Assembly: GCA_002297365.1 (NCBI GenBank)
Contig: DBKT01000011.1
Span: 18,650 to 82,649, forward strand
Origin: Bacillales bacterium UBA743
GTDB lineage: Bacteria > Bacillota_I > Bacilli_A > RFN20 > CAG-826
DNA: 64,000 nt
Direction: 5' to 3'
The notes below the pieces were generated by a model. That model was not told where the DNA came from, searched no databases, and worked only from the letters and a program-made list of their open reading frames with translations. Positions 17,912 to 26,618 of the stretch are shown piece after piece. The translations under genes and the position numbers were made by a program. The first letter of the stretch is position 1, and every line of letters begins with the position of its first letter.

Positions 17912-20347
17912 GTGAACCTTGGTGATTTTTTAAAAAAACGTAGATTGGAGCTGAACCTTTCTTTGGCAAACGTCGGAGAGGCCATTTCTTATACTCCCCA
18001 AGCCATTTCCCGTTTCGAGAAAGGGCAAGTAAGGGTGGACATTTGCCTTTTGGCTGATTTAGCGAAGGTTTTGCATTGTAATGTTTCTTCTTTTTTCACA
18101 TTGGTTTTAATAGAAAAAAATGAGGGTTTCCGTGAATTCGATATTTCCCTTTTCGCGAAAGCTCTTTGTTTTTACCGCGAAAAAGAACTATATACCCACA
18201 CTTCTCTTGGAGAGAAAGCAGGGATTTCAAAAGCTAAGATAGGAAAATGGGAAAAAGGAGAAAATTTGCCTAATATCGACGAATTCAAATCTCTCTGCGA
18301 AATTCTAAAAGTAGACTATGAAACCCTTTATTTTGGCAAAGTTCCGGAGAATCCTCCCCAAACTCTTAAAAAGCCAAAAATCTCCTTGGCCAATAAGCTC
18401 CTTTTTGGAGGTTCATTATTCTGTCTTCTGGTAAGTATAGGCGTTTTCACAGGTTTTTCCGTCTATGGGGCGAATCCTTTTAAAGAGAATGGCACAAATC
18501 TTAATTCCACAAAGAAAGATCTAAGCCAATATGCTAAAGTGACTTATCATTACGATTTGCTTGATTTGGACCGCGTTGAACTAGTGCTTAGAGGAGAATG
18601 CGCTCCTTCCCCTTCTTTAGAGGAAGAGGGTTATCTTCTAAAAGGCTATTTCTATCAAGATAAGGAATTTGATTTTTCTTTGCCGATCATGAGCGATATC
18701 ACTCTCATAGGCAAACTAGAAACGAAGAGCTATGATGTCTATTTCATGTCTTTTGACTCTCAAAAAGTAATCGAGCATCAAAAGGTGGAGTTCAAGAAAG
18801 ACGCAATTCCCCCTACGGCTGAAATCATTCCTGGATTTCGTTTTGTTTCCTGGGGGAATTATCAGTGCATAAGAAGAGAGACATTCGTTTATCCTACATA
18901 TGAAAAACTAGGAGACATTACCGTCCATCTGGATCCTGATGGAGGGGATTTAGGTGAGCAAAGCGACACCATTGAGAAATATAGCCAAGACATGCATGAC
19001 TCTTTGCCAAAGCCAACAAAGAAAGGCTATACCTTCCAATATTGGGAATATCAAGGCAAAGAATTCCTTAAGACCACCCCTATCTCCAACGAGATTGTCT
19101 ATCTTAAAGCCATATATAAGGCAAACACCTATACGATTACTTTCGCTCAAACCTCAATATCGCCCATGGAAGTAAGCTATGGCCAAATATTGGAATGGGA
19201 AGACATGCCGGCTCTTGATCCTCTAAGCGGTTCAAAAATCTCCGGATGGTCATATAGCAACGAGCTCCTTACATTCCCCTTCACCTATTCCTATGACTTT
19301 AATATCGTCCTCTATCCCCACTTTGACTCGATCGGTTTCACCTATAGCGAAAATGAAGACGGAACGTTAACGCTTGTCAAAATAATCAATGGGAAAGAAA
19401 AGTCAGTCATCATTCCATCAGAAGCCCAGGGGAAAAGAATTTCCAAAATAGCCAACTCCTGTCTCGTCAACGACTCCGAGATTTCTCAAATCAGGTTTCT
19501 TTCAGAGCAAGTCGATATCGAAGAAGGCGCCTTCCAGAATCTTTCTGCTTTGCGGAAAGTAGACTTCGAAAACATTAAAAGCAGTTCTGTTTTTGCGCCA
19601 AATATTTTCGTGAATTGCCCTAATGTGACTTCCTTGACGATTGGTGAAGCGAAATCCCTTAACGGAGAGCCATATTATTTAAAAGACTATGGTTTAAAAG
19701 GAAAAGAGACTTTCAAATTAACATTCAATTCCTCCTTCGAAAACATTCCAGAGAAATTCAATGAAGGATTTGGGCAAATAGAGACCATCGTTCTTGGCGA
19801 TTCCATTCAAGAGGTTTCCTTTGGATGCCTACATACTTATGGTATTGGCTTGAAAGAATTTTATCCCGGTTTATCTTTAAGGAAGCTAGAGATAGCTTTG
19901 CCTGATTTGGATCAAAACATTCTCCAATTCAATTCCCCTATTGAATTTACGCTTGAAGGGGAGGCCAAAGGAAAGGTTAAACAGCTTATTCTCTCTGAAG
20001 GCGGAAGTCTAACGAACTTCAAAGGATTCACCGCAAACACGTTTAAATCCTTTGGCGATACGAAGTTTAATAACGAGACTCTTATTGCCAGTAAGGACGT
20101 TCATTTAGGGAAGAACGTCACTGTTTATAACACAGAAACGTTGTTTACCAATCTGGATGAGACGGGGATTGACATCACCTTCTATGGCACGAAAACTATA
20201 CCGACAGGCATTTCTAATATTCATTTTTATGTCGGAACGGGGGAAGAAAGAATTCATTTCAATAACGACATGGATTATGAAGAAATTGGTTCTGGCTCTT
20301 CCTCTGGAAATCTCTCTTACGAAGAAATCGGCGATGGAGAAAAATGA
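17912..20347 (+). CDS. Membrane-tethered transcriptional regulator. Two N-terminal XRE-family HTH domains, one TM helix, and a ~630-aa extracellular region ending in BspA-type leucine-rich repeats.
   Basis: HTH1 LSLANVGEAISYTPQAISRFEKGQ. HTH2 LGEKAGISKAKIGKWEKGENLP. TM LLFGGSLFCLLVSIGVFTGFSVY. LRR_5-like IPSEAQGKRISKIANSCLVNDSEISQIRF...EEGAFQNLSALRKVDF. GTG start with upstream stop TAA at 17900. Confidence 0.6.
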   Translation: MNLGDFLKKRRLELNLSLANVGEAISYTPQAISRFEKGQVRVDICLLADLAKVLHCNVSSFFTLVLIEKNEGFREFDISLFAKALCFYREKELYTHTSLGEKAGISKAKIGKWEKGENLPNIDEFKSLCEILKVDYETLYFGKVPENPPQTLKKPKISLANKLLFGGSLFCLLVSIGVFTGFSVYGANPFKENGTNLNSTKKDLSQYAKVTYHYDLLDLDRVELVLRGECAPSPSLEEEGYLLKGYFYQDKEFDFSLPIMSDITLIGKLETKSYDVYFMSFDSQKVIEHQKVEFKKDAIPPTAEIIPGFRFVSWGNYQCIRRETFVYPTYEKLGDITVHLDPDGGDLGEQSDTIEKYSQDMHDSLPKPTKKGYTFQYWEYQGKEFLKTTPISNEIVYLKAIYKANTYTITFAQTSISPMEVSYGQILEWEDMPALDPLSGSKISGWSYSNELLTFPFTYSYDFNIVLYPHFDSIGFTYSENEDGTLTLVKIINGKEKSVIIPSEAQGKRISKIANSCLVNDSEISQIRFLSEQVDIEEGAFQNLSALRKVDFENIKSSSVFAPNIFVNCPNVTSLTIGEAKSLNGEPYYLKDYGLKGKETFKLTFNSSFENIPEKFNEGFGQIETIVLGDSIQEVSFGCLHTYGIGLKEFYPGLSLRKLEIALPDLDQNILQFNSPIEFTLEGEAKGKVKQLILSEGGSLTNFKGFTANTFKSFGDTKFNNETLIASKDVHLGKNVTVYNTETLFTNLDETGIDITFYGTKTIPTGISNIHFYVGTGEERIHFNNDMDYEEIGSGSSSGNLSYEEIGDGEK

Positions 20348-20574
20348 AAAGCTCGTCTAGGGCTAGCTCAAAAGCATCCGTTTTAAGATTGGTTTTCTCT
20401 CCATTAACGTACTAGCTCTGACCAAGAAGCTTTCCCTCACTCTGTCATAGACGCCTATAAGCCTATGTTGTCCATGAACATTTTCTCTAGCGCACTAGGA
20501 ATAGAATGTTAGGAATCCTTGCTTTCGAAAAAGCGAGTTCCAAATGAAACAAAAAGGCAATCAAGAAAAAAGAA

Positions 20575-20799
20575 TCAATCGGAAAAAGTAATATCAGCGA
20601 AGGAATAGCAATCATTCCTTTTGTCATAGAGGAGCTCAAAAGGCAATCCTGCTTCAACAAGAAAACAACGGATATCCGAAAGATATCTAGCGAAGGTAAG
20701 GCTATTGATATCGCAATCATATAAAATATCCGCCTTACGAATCTTTTTTTGGGTGTAAAGGCGATAGAAAATAATCAAAACAACTTCACTTTTAGTCAT
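20575..20799 (-). CDS. Hypothetical small protein (74 aa) with no recognisable family
   Basis: ORF with ATG start in an otherwise empty 680-bp gap. Weak RBS. Could be spurious. Confidence 0.2.
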   Translation of the reverse strand: MTKSEVVLIIFYRLYTQKKIRKADILYDCDINSLTFARYLSDIRCFLVEAGLPFELLYDKRNDCYSFADITFSD

Positions 20800-20994
20800 A
20801 GCATTCTCATATGGCTTCCGCCATACGCTCCAGGGGTTTCCAGTTAGTTGTTTTCTCGAGATTCACTAACAAACTTATTTTCTAAGAGATACTCATTTTT
20901 TGATATGAACACGAATATCGTTTTTTAAACAAATCCGATTTTTTAAGTCTTTTTTGTTGAATTTATGGAAAATAAGGCATGCGTGCGCTTGTTT

Positions 20995-21024
20995 TCAAAA
21001 AAAGCCTTGCGTTTTAACAAGGCT
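20995..21024 (-). terminator. Rho-independent terminator ending the dehydratase-like operon
   Basis: On the minus strand, AAGCCTTG-loop-CAAGGCTT followed by T7, immediately after the stop at 21028-21030. Confidence 0.65.
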
Positions 21025-21027
21025 TCA

Positions 21028-21741
21028 TTATTTGTTTCCGTCTAACTCTTTTTGATGCATCTCCCTCATTCCTTCAACGGTGTCGCATATCTCCTTAAAG
21101 GAACAGGTCCTGCAATCCATCTTCAAAGTCTTCAGAACGTGGTCGAAAGCAACCGTAATGCCTTCCGCTTCTTTTTGAAGGGAGAGAAGCTTCTTATAAT
21201 CAAAGGAAGGATCGGTGACAAAGATTTGCTTAACATGGCGCAAGCTCTTCTCTTTTTTGTATTCCTGCAAAAAAGACATGCCGATATCTTTGAACGAGAT
21301 CCCTTTTTGAACGGCTTTTTTTGATACACGTCCCCCTTCTTTTAGGGAATTGGTATTAATTCTAAGCATGAATCCTATGGGAGATACCTTATAACGGGAA
21401 TATTCCAAATTGCGGAACAAACGATAGATGTCTTGATCCTTTTTGCCTTCTTCATCAATCAGAAAGAACGATAAATGAGCAAAAGGCGTTTCTTTTGGAA
21501 GAGAAGAGAGGTCTTTCCCAAGCAAAAGAATTTCATCTTTTTGAACGTAATCGGAATTCGAGGTATATCCCATGAAATAGGAGGAGTCCTTTATTCCGCC
21601 AAGCTCCACTTGTGCATCCTCTGGGAAAATGAACTCTTTTTGTTTTTGCGAAGGAAAAGAACTTTCTAAAGGGAAAGAAATCATCTCTTTCCCCTCAAAA
21701 AGCTTCAAAGCCTCTTTTATTAACGAATCGTATAGATTCAT
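21028..21741 (-). CDS. Hypothetical protein with C-terminal CxxCx6C motif, the last gene of the CooC/dehydratase-like operon
   Basis: 237 aa. No family recognised. C-terminal KMDCRTCSFKEICDT. Tightly packed after the activase gene. Confidence 0.5.
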   Translation of the reverse strand: MNLYDSLIKEALKLFEGKEMISFPLESSFPSQKQKEFIFPEDAQVELGGIKDSSYFMGYTSNSDYVQKDEILLLGKDLSSLPKETPFAHLSFFLIDEEGKKDQDIYRLFRNLEYSRYKVSPIGFMLRINTNSLKEGGRVSKKAVQKGISFKDIGMSFLQEYKKEKSLRHVKQIFVTDPSFDYKKLLSLQKEAEGITVAFDHVLKTLKMDCRTCSFKEICDTVEGMREMHQKELDGNK

Positions 21742-21924
21742 ATCTATTCCAAATGGCGATTCCTTTTTCTCTTATCGTATTTCTTGTTAATCCATTTTTG
21801 GACGTGAACGAGCAACTTCGAGTCCAAGTTAAACATATAGACGATAAACAAAATGATAAAAAGCAAAAGGATAAAGGCAAGAATGGAGCCTAAAACGATT
21901 AGAAGTATAACCCACCATTCCATG

Positions 21925-22728
21925 TTAATTCGCCTCTTTCAACCCTTTTTGACGGGCATATTCCGCAGCCCCTAAAGCACCCATTAGCTGAGGGTCGATC
22001 GGAAGGTCTTTGACTTTAAGATGCAAGACTTTCTCAATGGCTTGTTTCAAACCGGCGTTTTTCGCGCATCCGCCAGTTAAAGTGATAGAATCGGTGGCGC
22101 CCGCTTTTTTCGCCATCACAAAGCAACGTTTGGCAACCGACATCATGATTCCTGCCGCAATATCTTCCATCGGTTTCCCTTCGCCGACAAGAGAAATAAC
22201 CTCAGACTCGCAGAAGACGGTGCACTGCGAAGTGATTGGAATGATATTATTGGCTTTCAGAGAGAGATTGCAGAAATCGTCCAAATCCATTTCAAAGCTT
22301 CTTGCCATCGCCTCAAAGAAACGCCCCGTGCCAGCTGAGCACTTATCATTCATGGCGAAGTTTTGAACCGTGCCGTCTTTCGGATCGATGGCAATGCCTT
22401 TAATATCTTGACCACCGATATCGATAATGGAGGTAACACTTGGATCGGCAACATGCACGCCCATAGCGTGGCATGAGATTTCTGAGATGTTTTCGTTGGC
22501 AAATGGGACTTTGTTTCTTCCATATCCCGTGCCAATCAAATACGTTAAATCACTCGCATCATGAAGTTCGGGAACCTGTTTGATCGTTTCTTCTAGAGCG
22601 ATCTTAGCGCTCTCTACAGCATTGATTTTGCTCTTTAAAGTGGTATGAGCCACCATTCTCCCATTTTCATCTAAAATGACACATTTGGTATATGTCGAAC
22701 CTGCATCACAGCCACCAAAATATTTCAT
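21925..22728 (-). CDS. BadF/BadG/BcrA/BcrD-type ATPase, a CoA-substrate-specific enzyme activase (HgdC / DCCP reductase-like)
   Basis: MKYFGGCDAGSTYTKCVIL N-terminus and actin-fold ATPase blocks. ATG at 22728 has AAGGAA 7 nt upstream. The track start at 22761 is upstream of it. Confidence 0.8.
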   Translation of the reverse strand: MKYFGGCDAGSTYTKCVILDENGRMVAHTTLKSKINAVESAKIALEETIKQVPELHDASDLTYLIGTGYGRNKVPFANENISEISCHAMGVHVADPSVTSIIDIGGQDIKGIAIDPKDGTVQNFAMNDKCSAGTGRFFEAMARSFEMDLDDFCNLSLKANNIIPITSQCTVFCESEVISLVGEGKPMEDIAAGIMMSVAKRCFVMAKKAGATDSITLTGGCAKNAGLKQAIEKVLHLKVKDLPIDPQLMGALGAAEYARQKGLKEAN

Positions 22729-22741
22729 ATTCATTTCCTTT

Positions 22742-24295
22742 CTACCAGCGTTGAGCATCATCGAAATCCACTAAGGATGGATCCAACGGCTCTTCTCTCA
22801 GAACCGTTTTCATGTAACGATTCACGTCTTCGCGCATGTCTTTTCTTGTCGCTTTTGTCGGATTCATCAAAGCATGATACACCCAAACAATATGGATGCC
22901 TCTCTTTCTTCCTTCTTCTTCCAAAAGCCCGTGATATCCAGCCATGGATTTGCAGCCGATATGCTCATACATGATGACCATATCCGCATGATACTCTTCG
23001 CAATATTGCCAAAGTTGTTCCACGCCAACTTCGTATCCGCCATTGGAATGGTTACGCATAATCATGTTCATGTTGTATTCGCCTAAATCCAATAAAGCTT
23101 GCTCATGATCCTCATAATTGATTGGTTTTGTTAAGGTGAAAGAAAGCATATCACAAAGGCAAACGATTCCCCAGCAATTGGAAAGCCATTGGTTGAAGGC
23201 GGTGTAATATTGGGCATGGACGCCCCAAACAAGGGCTCTATGCCTAACTTCCTTGCAAGGCAAACGTTTTTCTTTGTAGCCTTTCTTTGCCAAGTCCGTA
23301 ATCTCTTGGTCGAATTTCAAGAAAGATGGGTCACGCCCGGAAATGACCATATATTCCGCATCGCGGTAAAGCATGACGTTGTTATTGACCACTTGCGGAT
23401 AATCGGTTTTGTTCATCTCCATCCATTCTTGGAATAAGGCGTTTTGAGCATTATAGGTCTTCATGTTTCTGGCAAAGGCATCCCAATCCCACTTCTCACC
23501 GGTATGTTTTTCAATAAAATGAATGGCTTCCACGATCTGATCGCGGGAATAAGCCAAAACCGATTTCTGTTGATGACGCATAGGGGCAGCCATTGTGAAA
23601 GAAGGCAAATCATCATGCCTGTCCTCGATTTGGTTGCCCATCAAAGAACCATCGCAAGTGGTGTTGCAGTGCACCGCGCAAACGCCGCAAATTGGATAAT
23701 CTTCATCGATGGCGCAGCCAAGTTCGGCGCAAGGCATAGGGCAAACATCGCCCGGGATTTGAAATTCCTCTGCCGTTTCGATGTAATGGAGGACTCCATC
23801 TTGAGCAATGGTTGATCCCGTATAAATGGCAGGAACCTCTTTCGAAAGAAATTTCAAGTTAGGGAAGCCGGTGGCGATAACCATCATTCCGTTTTCGTCC
23901 ATGATGACAAGTTTCTTGTTTAATTCATCGTATTTCCCGTGTTTGTTTCCAATACGCTTATCGCATTTGAAAAGAGTATCCATGGTTTGGGTAAGATGCT
24001 CCACGATGGAATCGTATTCGATATGGGCAATGCGAAGTTGTTCTCCGCGCACCCCTTCAACATGGCGGTCGATGTAGTCGAACGCAGCCAAATAATTGCC
24101 AAACCAACGGTAAGTGAACATCGCCTTTATGGTGGTTGGCTTCATGATGAACTTCGACATAACCAAAAGATTATGAAGCCATCTTGAAAAATCGTACATC
24201 GTGTCTTTGAAGCCTCTCCATTCACGACGTTTGGCTGTTTTTTTGCCGGGCTTATTCAGCTTTCCGAGATTTTGATCTCCCTTACGTTTTTCCAT
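22742..24295 (-). CDS. Alpha-like subunit of the 2-hydroxyacyl-CoA dehydratase / benzoyl-CoA reductase (HgdA/BcrC-like) family
   Basis: 517 aa. Family-typical length and conserved Cys content. Start overlaps the stop of the beta-like gene. Confidence 0.65.
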   Translation of the reverse strand: MEKRKGDQNLGKLNKPGKKTAKRREWRGFKDTMYDFSRWLHNLLVMSKFIMKPTTIKAMFTYRWFGNYLAAFDYIDRHVEGVRGEQLRIAHIEYDSIVEHLTQTMDTLFKCDKRIGNKHGKYDELNKKLVIMDENGMMVIATGFPNLKFLSKEVPAIYTGSTIAQDGVLHYIETAEEFQIPGDVCPMPCAELGCAIDEDYPICGVCAVHCNTTCDGSLMGNQIEDRHDDLPSFTMAAPMRHQQKSVLAYSRDQIVEAIHFIEKHTGEKWDWDAFARNMKTYNAQNALFQEWMEMNKTDYPQVVNNNVMLYRDAEYMVISGRDPSFLKFDQEITDLAKKGYKEKRLPCKEVRHRALVWGVHAQYYTAFNQWLSNCWGIVCLCDMLSFTLTKPINYEDHEQALLDLGEYNMNMIMRNHSNGGYEVGVEQLWQYCEEYHADMVIMYEHIGCKSMAGYHGLLEEEGRKRGIHIVWVYHALMNPTKATRKDMREDVNRYMKTVLREEPLDPSLVDFDDAQRW

Positions 24296-25491
24296 TATTC
24301 GCCTTCCCTTTCTTCTTGGAGTTTCTTGATTTCAACCGCTTCAATAAAAGCTTGGATGCGGGTTCTTAATTGGCCAGATTGGCCAACATTATAAGGCCTA
24401 TCGATTGAAAGGGTCTTATAGCCGTATTGGTGTTGCATCACCGCATTCATGAAGGCTCTGCCATATCCCCAATAATCGCAGAACTTGATTTGCTCGATGA
24501 TAAGGCCATCAACATGGTATTCTTTCCCGATTTTATCAACATAGGCATGCCTCTCATTCACTTTTTCGGTGGTAAGGAAACGAGGGCATTGTCCGGATTC
24601 CATATAGTAACGGCAAACTTGAGTCAAAGCATCTTCGTCTTTGCTAAGCTCGATGACTTGTCTTCCAGGAAGAGAGCCGAAACAATAACGGTCTGCGACT
24701 ACGATAAGGCCGCATTCCTCTGCTAGTTTGATTAATTGTGGATCATCGATTTCCGAGCCGACGATAGCAACGCGGCAACGATATGTCCCCTTCTTTTCGG
24801 GAACGCGGTTTTTCACTTCTTCGAGGGTTTCCTCCAATTTAGCGATGAGTTTGTCTTTCGGGCAGCAATAGGTCGCTAAGCAAAGAACGGCAAACTCATA
24901 TCCGGTAATGCGAGGGGTTTCATCTTTTCTGAAATCGCCAATTTCCGTAATGAGTTTGGAAATCTTGTTTTGCTCTTCAACAGCTTTACGGATCGCTTCG
25001 TCAGAGATATCGATTCCGAAATTCTCGTGCAATGGCTTTAAAACGTGTTCTTGCATTTGAAGAACGTAATGCTTCAAAGTGCTCGCATCGCTTTTCATGG
25101 GAACATCGACATAGGAAGCGAAGAAATGGGGTTTCGTGCAGCAATTTAAATGTTCGATGTTTTCGACGCAGCGATTCATCATGGCGCAGGCTTCAGGGGC
25201 AATGATGGCATCTAAGAAGTTGAAGCCTCCTTCTAACGCTCTTTCAAGAATTGCTCTGCAAGCTTCGCAGAAAATCGGGGAAAGGTAGTAGCTCCCCATT
25301 TCGATGCTTCCCGTACGCGGGGCTCTTAAACGTACGGAGAAAATGCCAGGAAGATTTAATAAAGGCTCAGGAATTTGATAGCAAACGTGACCAATGGCCA
25401 TCCTTCCTTCCCCTTGGGCTTCTCCGATTAACTCGTTATAAGAATTCTCAAGAAGCTTCTCGAAATAATACAAATGTTTCAGGTCTCTCAT
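24295..25491 (-). CDS. Beta-like subunit of the 2-hydroxyacyl-CoA dehydratase (HgdB-like, HGD-D) family
   Basis: ~400 aa. ATG at 25491 has AAGGAG 8 nt upstream and is preferred over the TTG at 25512. Overlaps the end of the CooC-like gene. Confidence 0.65.
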   Translation of the reverse strand: MRDLKHLYYFEKLLENSYNELIGEAQGEGRMAIGHVCYQIPEPLLNLPGIFSVRLRAPRTGSIEMGSYYLSPIFCEACRAILERALEGGFNFLDAIIAPEACAMMNRCVENIEHLNCCTKPHFFASYVDVPMKSDASTLKHYVLQMQEHVLKPLHENFGIDISDEAIRKAVEEQNKISKLITEIGDFRKDETPRITGYEFAVLCLATYCCPKDKLIAKLEETLEEVKNRVPEKKGTYRCRVAIVGSEIDDPQLIKLAEECGLIVVADRYCFGSLPGRQVIELSKDEDALTQVCRYYMESGQCPRFLTTEKVNERHAYVDKIGKEYHVDGLIIEQIKFCDYWGYGRAFMNAVMQHQYGYKTLSIDRPYNVGQSGQLRTRIQAFIEAVEIKKLQEEREGE

Positions 25492-25508
25492 CGATGTCTC
25501 CTTATATA

Positions 25509-26276
25509 TCAAAGAATATGTATTTTCTTCAACGCCTCTGATGTCCCTTTCACAATAGGCGCATCATCAGAAAGGAAGAAGACATTTTCTCCATCCATGT
25601 CAAAACGGGCTAATTCTTCGTCCATTGGGATCTTAGCTAAAACTGGAATTCCTCCGACGTCTAGCTCTTCCTTCATCGCTAAAGAGGAAAGGCGGTTCGC
25701 AATCACGCCGATTTCTTTGTACATAACGAGCTCATCCGCCACTTTTTTGATGGTCTTTACGACTTGTCTTCCTTTTTGGCTTTGATCGGTGACAAGCAAT
25801 AGGTGAGTCACTTTTTCCATGACGCGACGGTTAATTTGCTCAATTCCCGCTTCGCCATCGATCACGACATAATCGTAATGAGAAGAAATAGCCGAAATGA
25901 CTTCCTTGAGATAAGTATTAATCTTGCAATAACAACCGCTTGCTTCTGGGCGGCCGATAGCCATAAAAGAGAAACCGTTTTGATTCACGATGGCCTCTTC
26001 GATGGAATACTCGGCATTGCCAAGAACTTCCACAACGGCATTTTTGCCATCTTCTGAAGCGGCAATCGCTTCTTTTCTCACATCATCGATAGTCTTTTTC
26101 GTCTCAATTCCCAAAGCCGTAGAAAGCCCGACCGCTGGATCGGCATCGATGGCTAAGATTTTCTTATCCGGATAGTTCTTAGCCAAGAGCCTGACAATGC
26201 ATGCGGCAATAGACGTTTTGCCTACTCCGCCCTTACCTGCTACGGCAATGATACGCGGGGATATTTCCTTATTCAT
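25509..26276 (-). CDS. CooC/AcsF-like MinD-superfamily P-loop ATPase with CxC metal-binding motif
   Basis: Deviant Walker A AVAGKGGVGKTS. CooC-type SGCYCK motif. ATG at 26276 with AAGGAAAGG RBS. The track start at 26282 is TTG. Confidence 0.7.
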   Translation of the reverse strand: MNKEISPRIIAVAGKGGVGKTSIAACIVRLLAKNYPDKKILAIDADPAVGLSTALGIETKKTIDDVRKEAIAASEDGKNAVVEVLGNAEYSIEEAIVNQNGFSFMAIGRPEASGCYCKINTYLKEVISAISSHYDYVVIDGEAGIEQINRRVMEKVTHLLLVTDQSQKGRQVVKTIKKVADELVMYKEIGVIANRLSSLAMKEELDVGGIPVLAKIPMDEELARFDMDGENVFFLSDDAPIVKGTSEALKKIHIL

Positions 26277-26618
26277 AAACAAAGCCCTTTCCTTACTATA
26301 TGTATGTTTATCTTTTAAGATATCTATACCATTTTACCAATTTTCCTTATTTTTGAAAGAAAAACCGCATAGAATCGAAAGTTTGTAATCTTTAACTAAT
26401 ATAAAAAACAATAACGAAAAAAGCTTAATGAAATTAATAGATAATCCCACAGCCCTATTAATATGGTCTTCTATCCCAGCTATTTACTTTCTGGTGTAAG
26501 AAAGAGAACATCGTGGAAACCAACTATTTACTTCTAGAAAAAGAGCGATGTCTAAAGACTCGAATGGAAGAAAACGCTGTTTATTCGCGGTTTAACATTC
26601 ATTCTTCGAAGGACGGGT

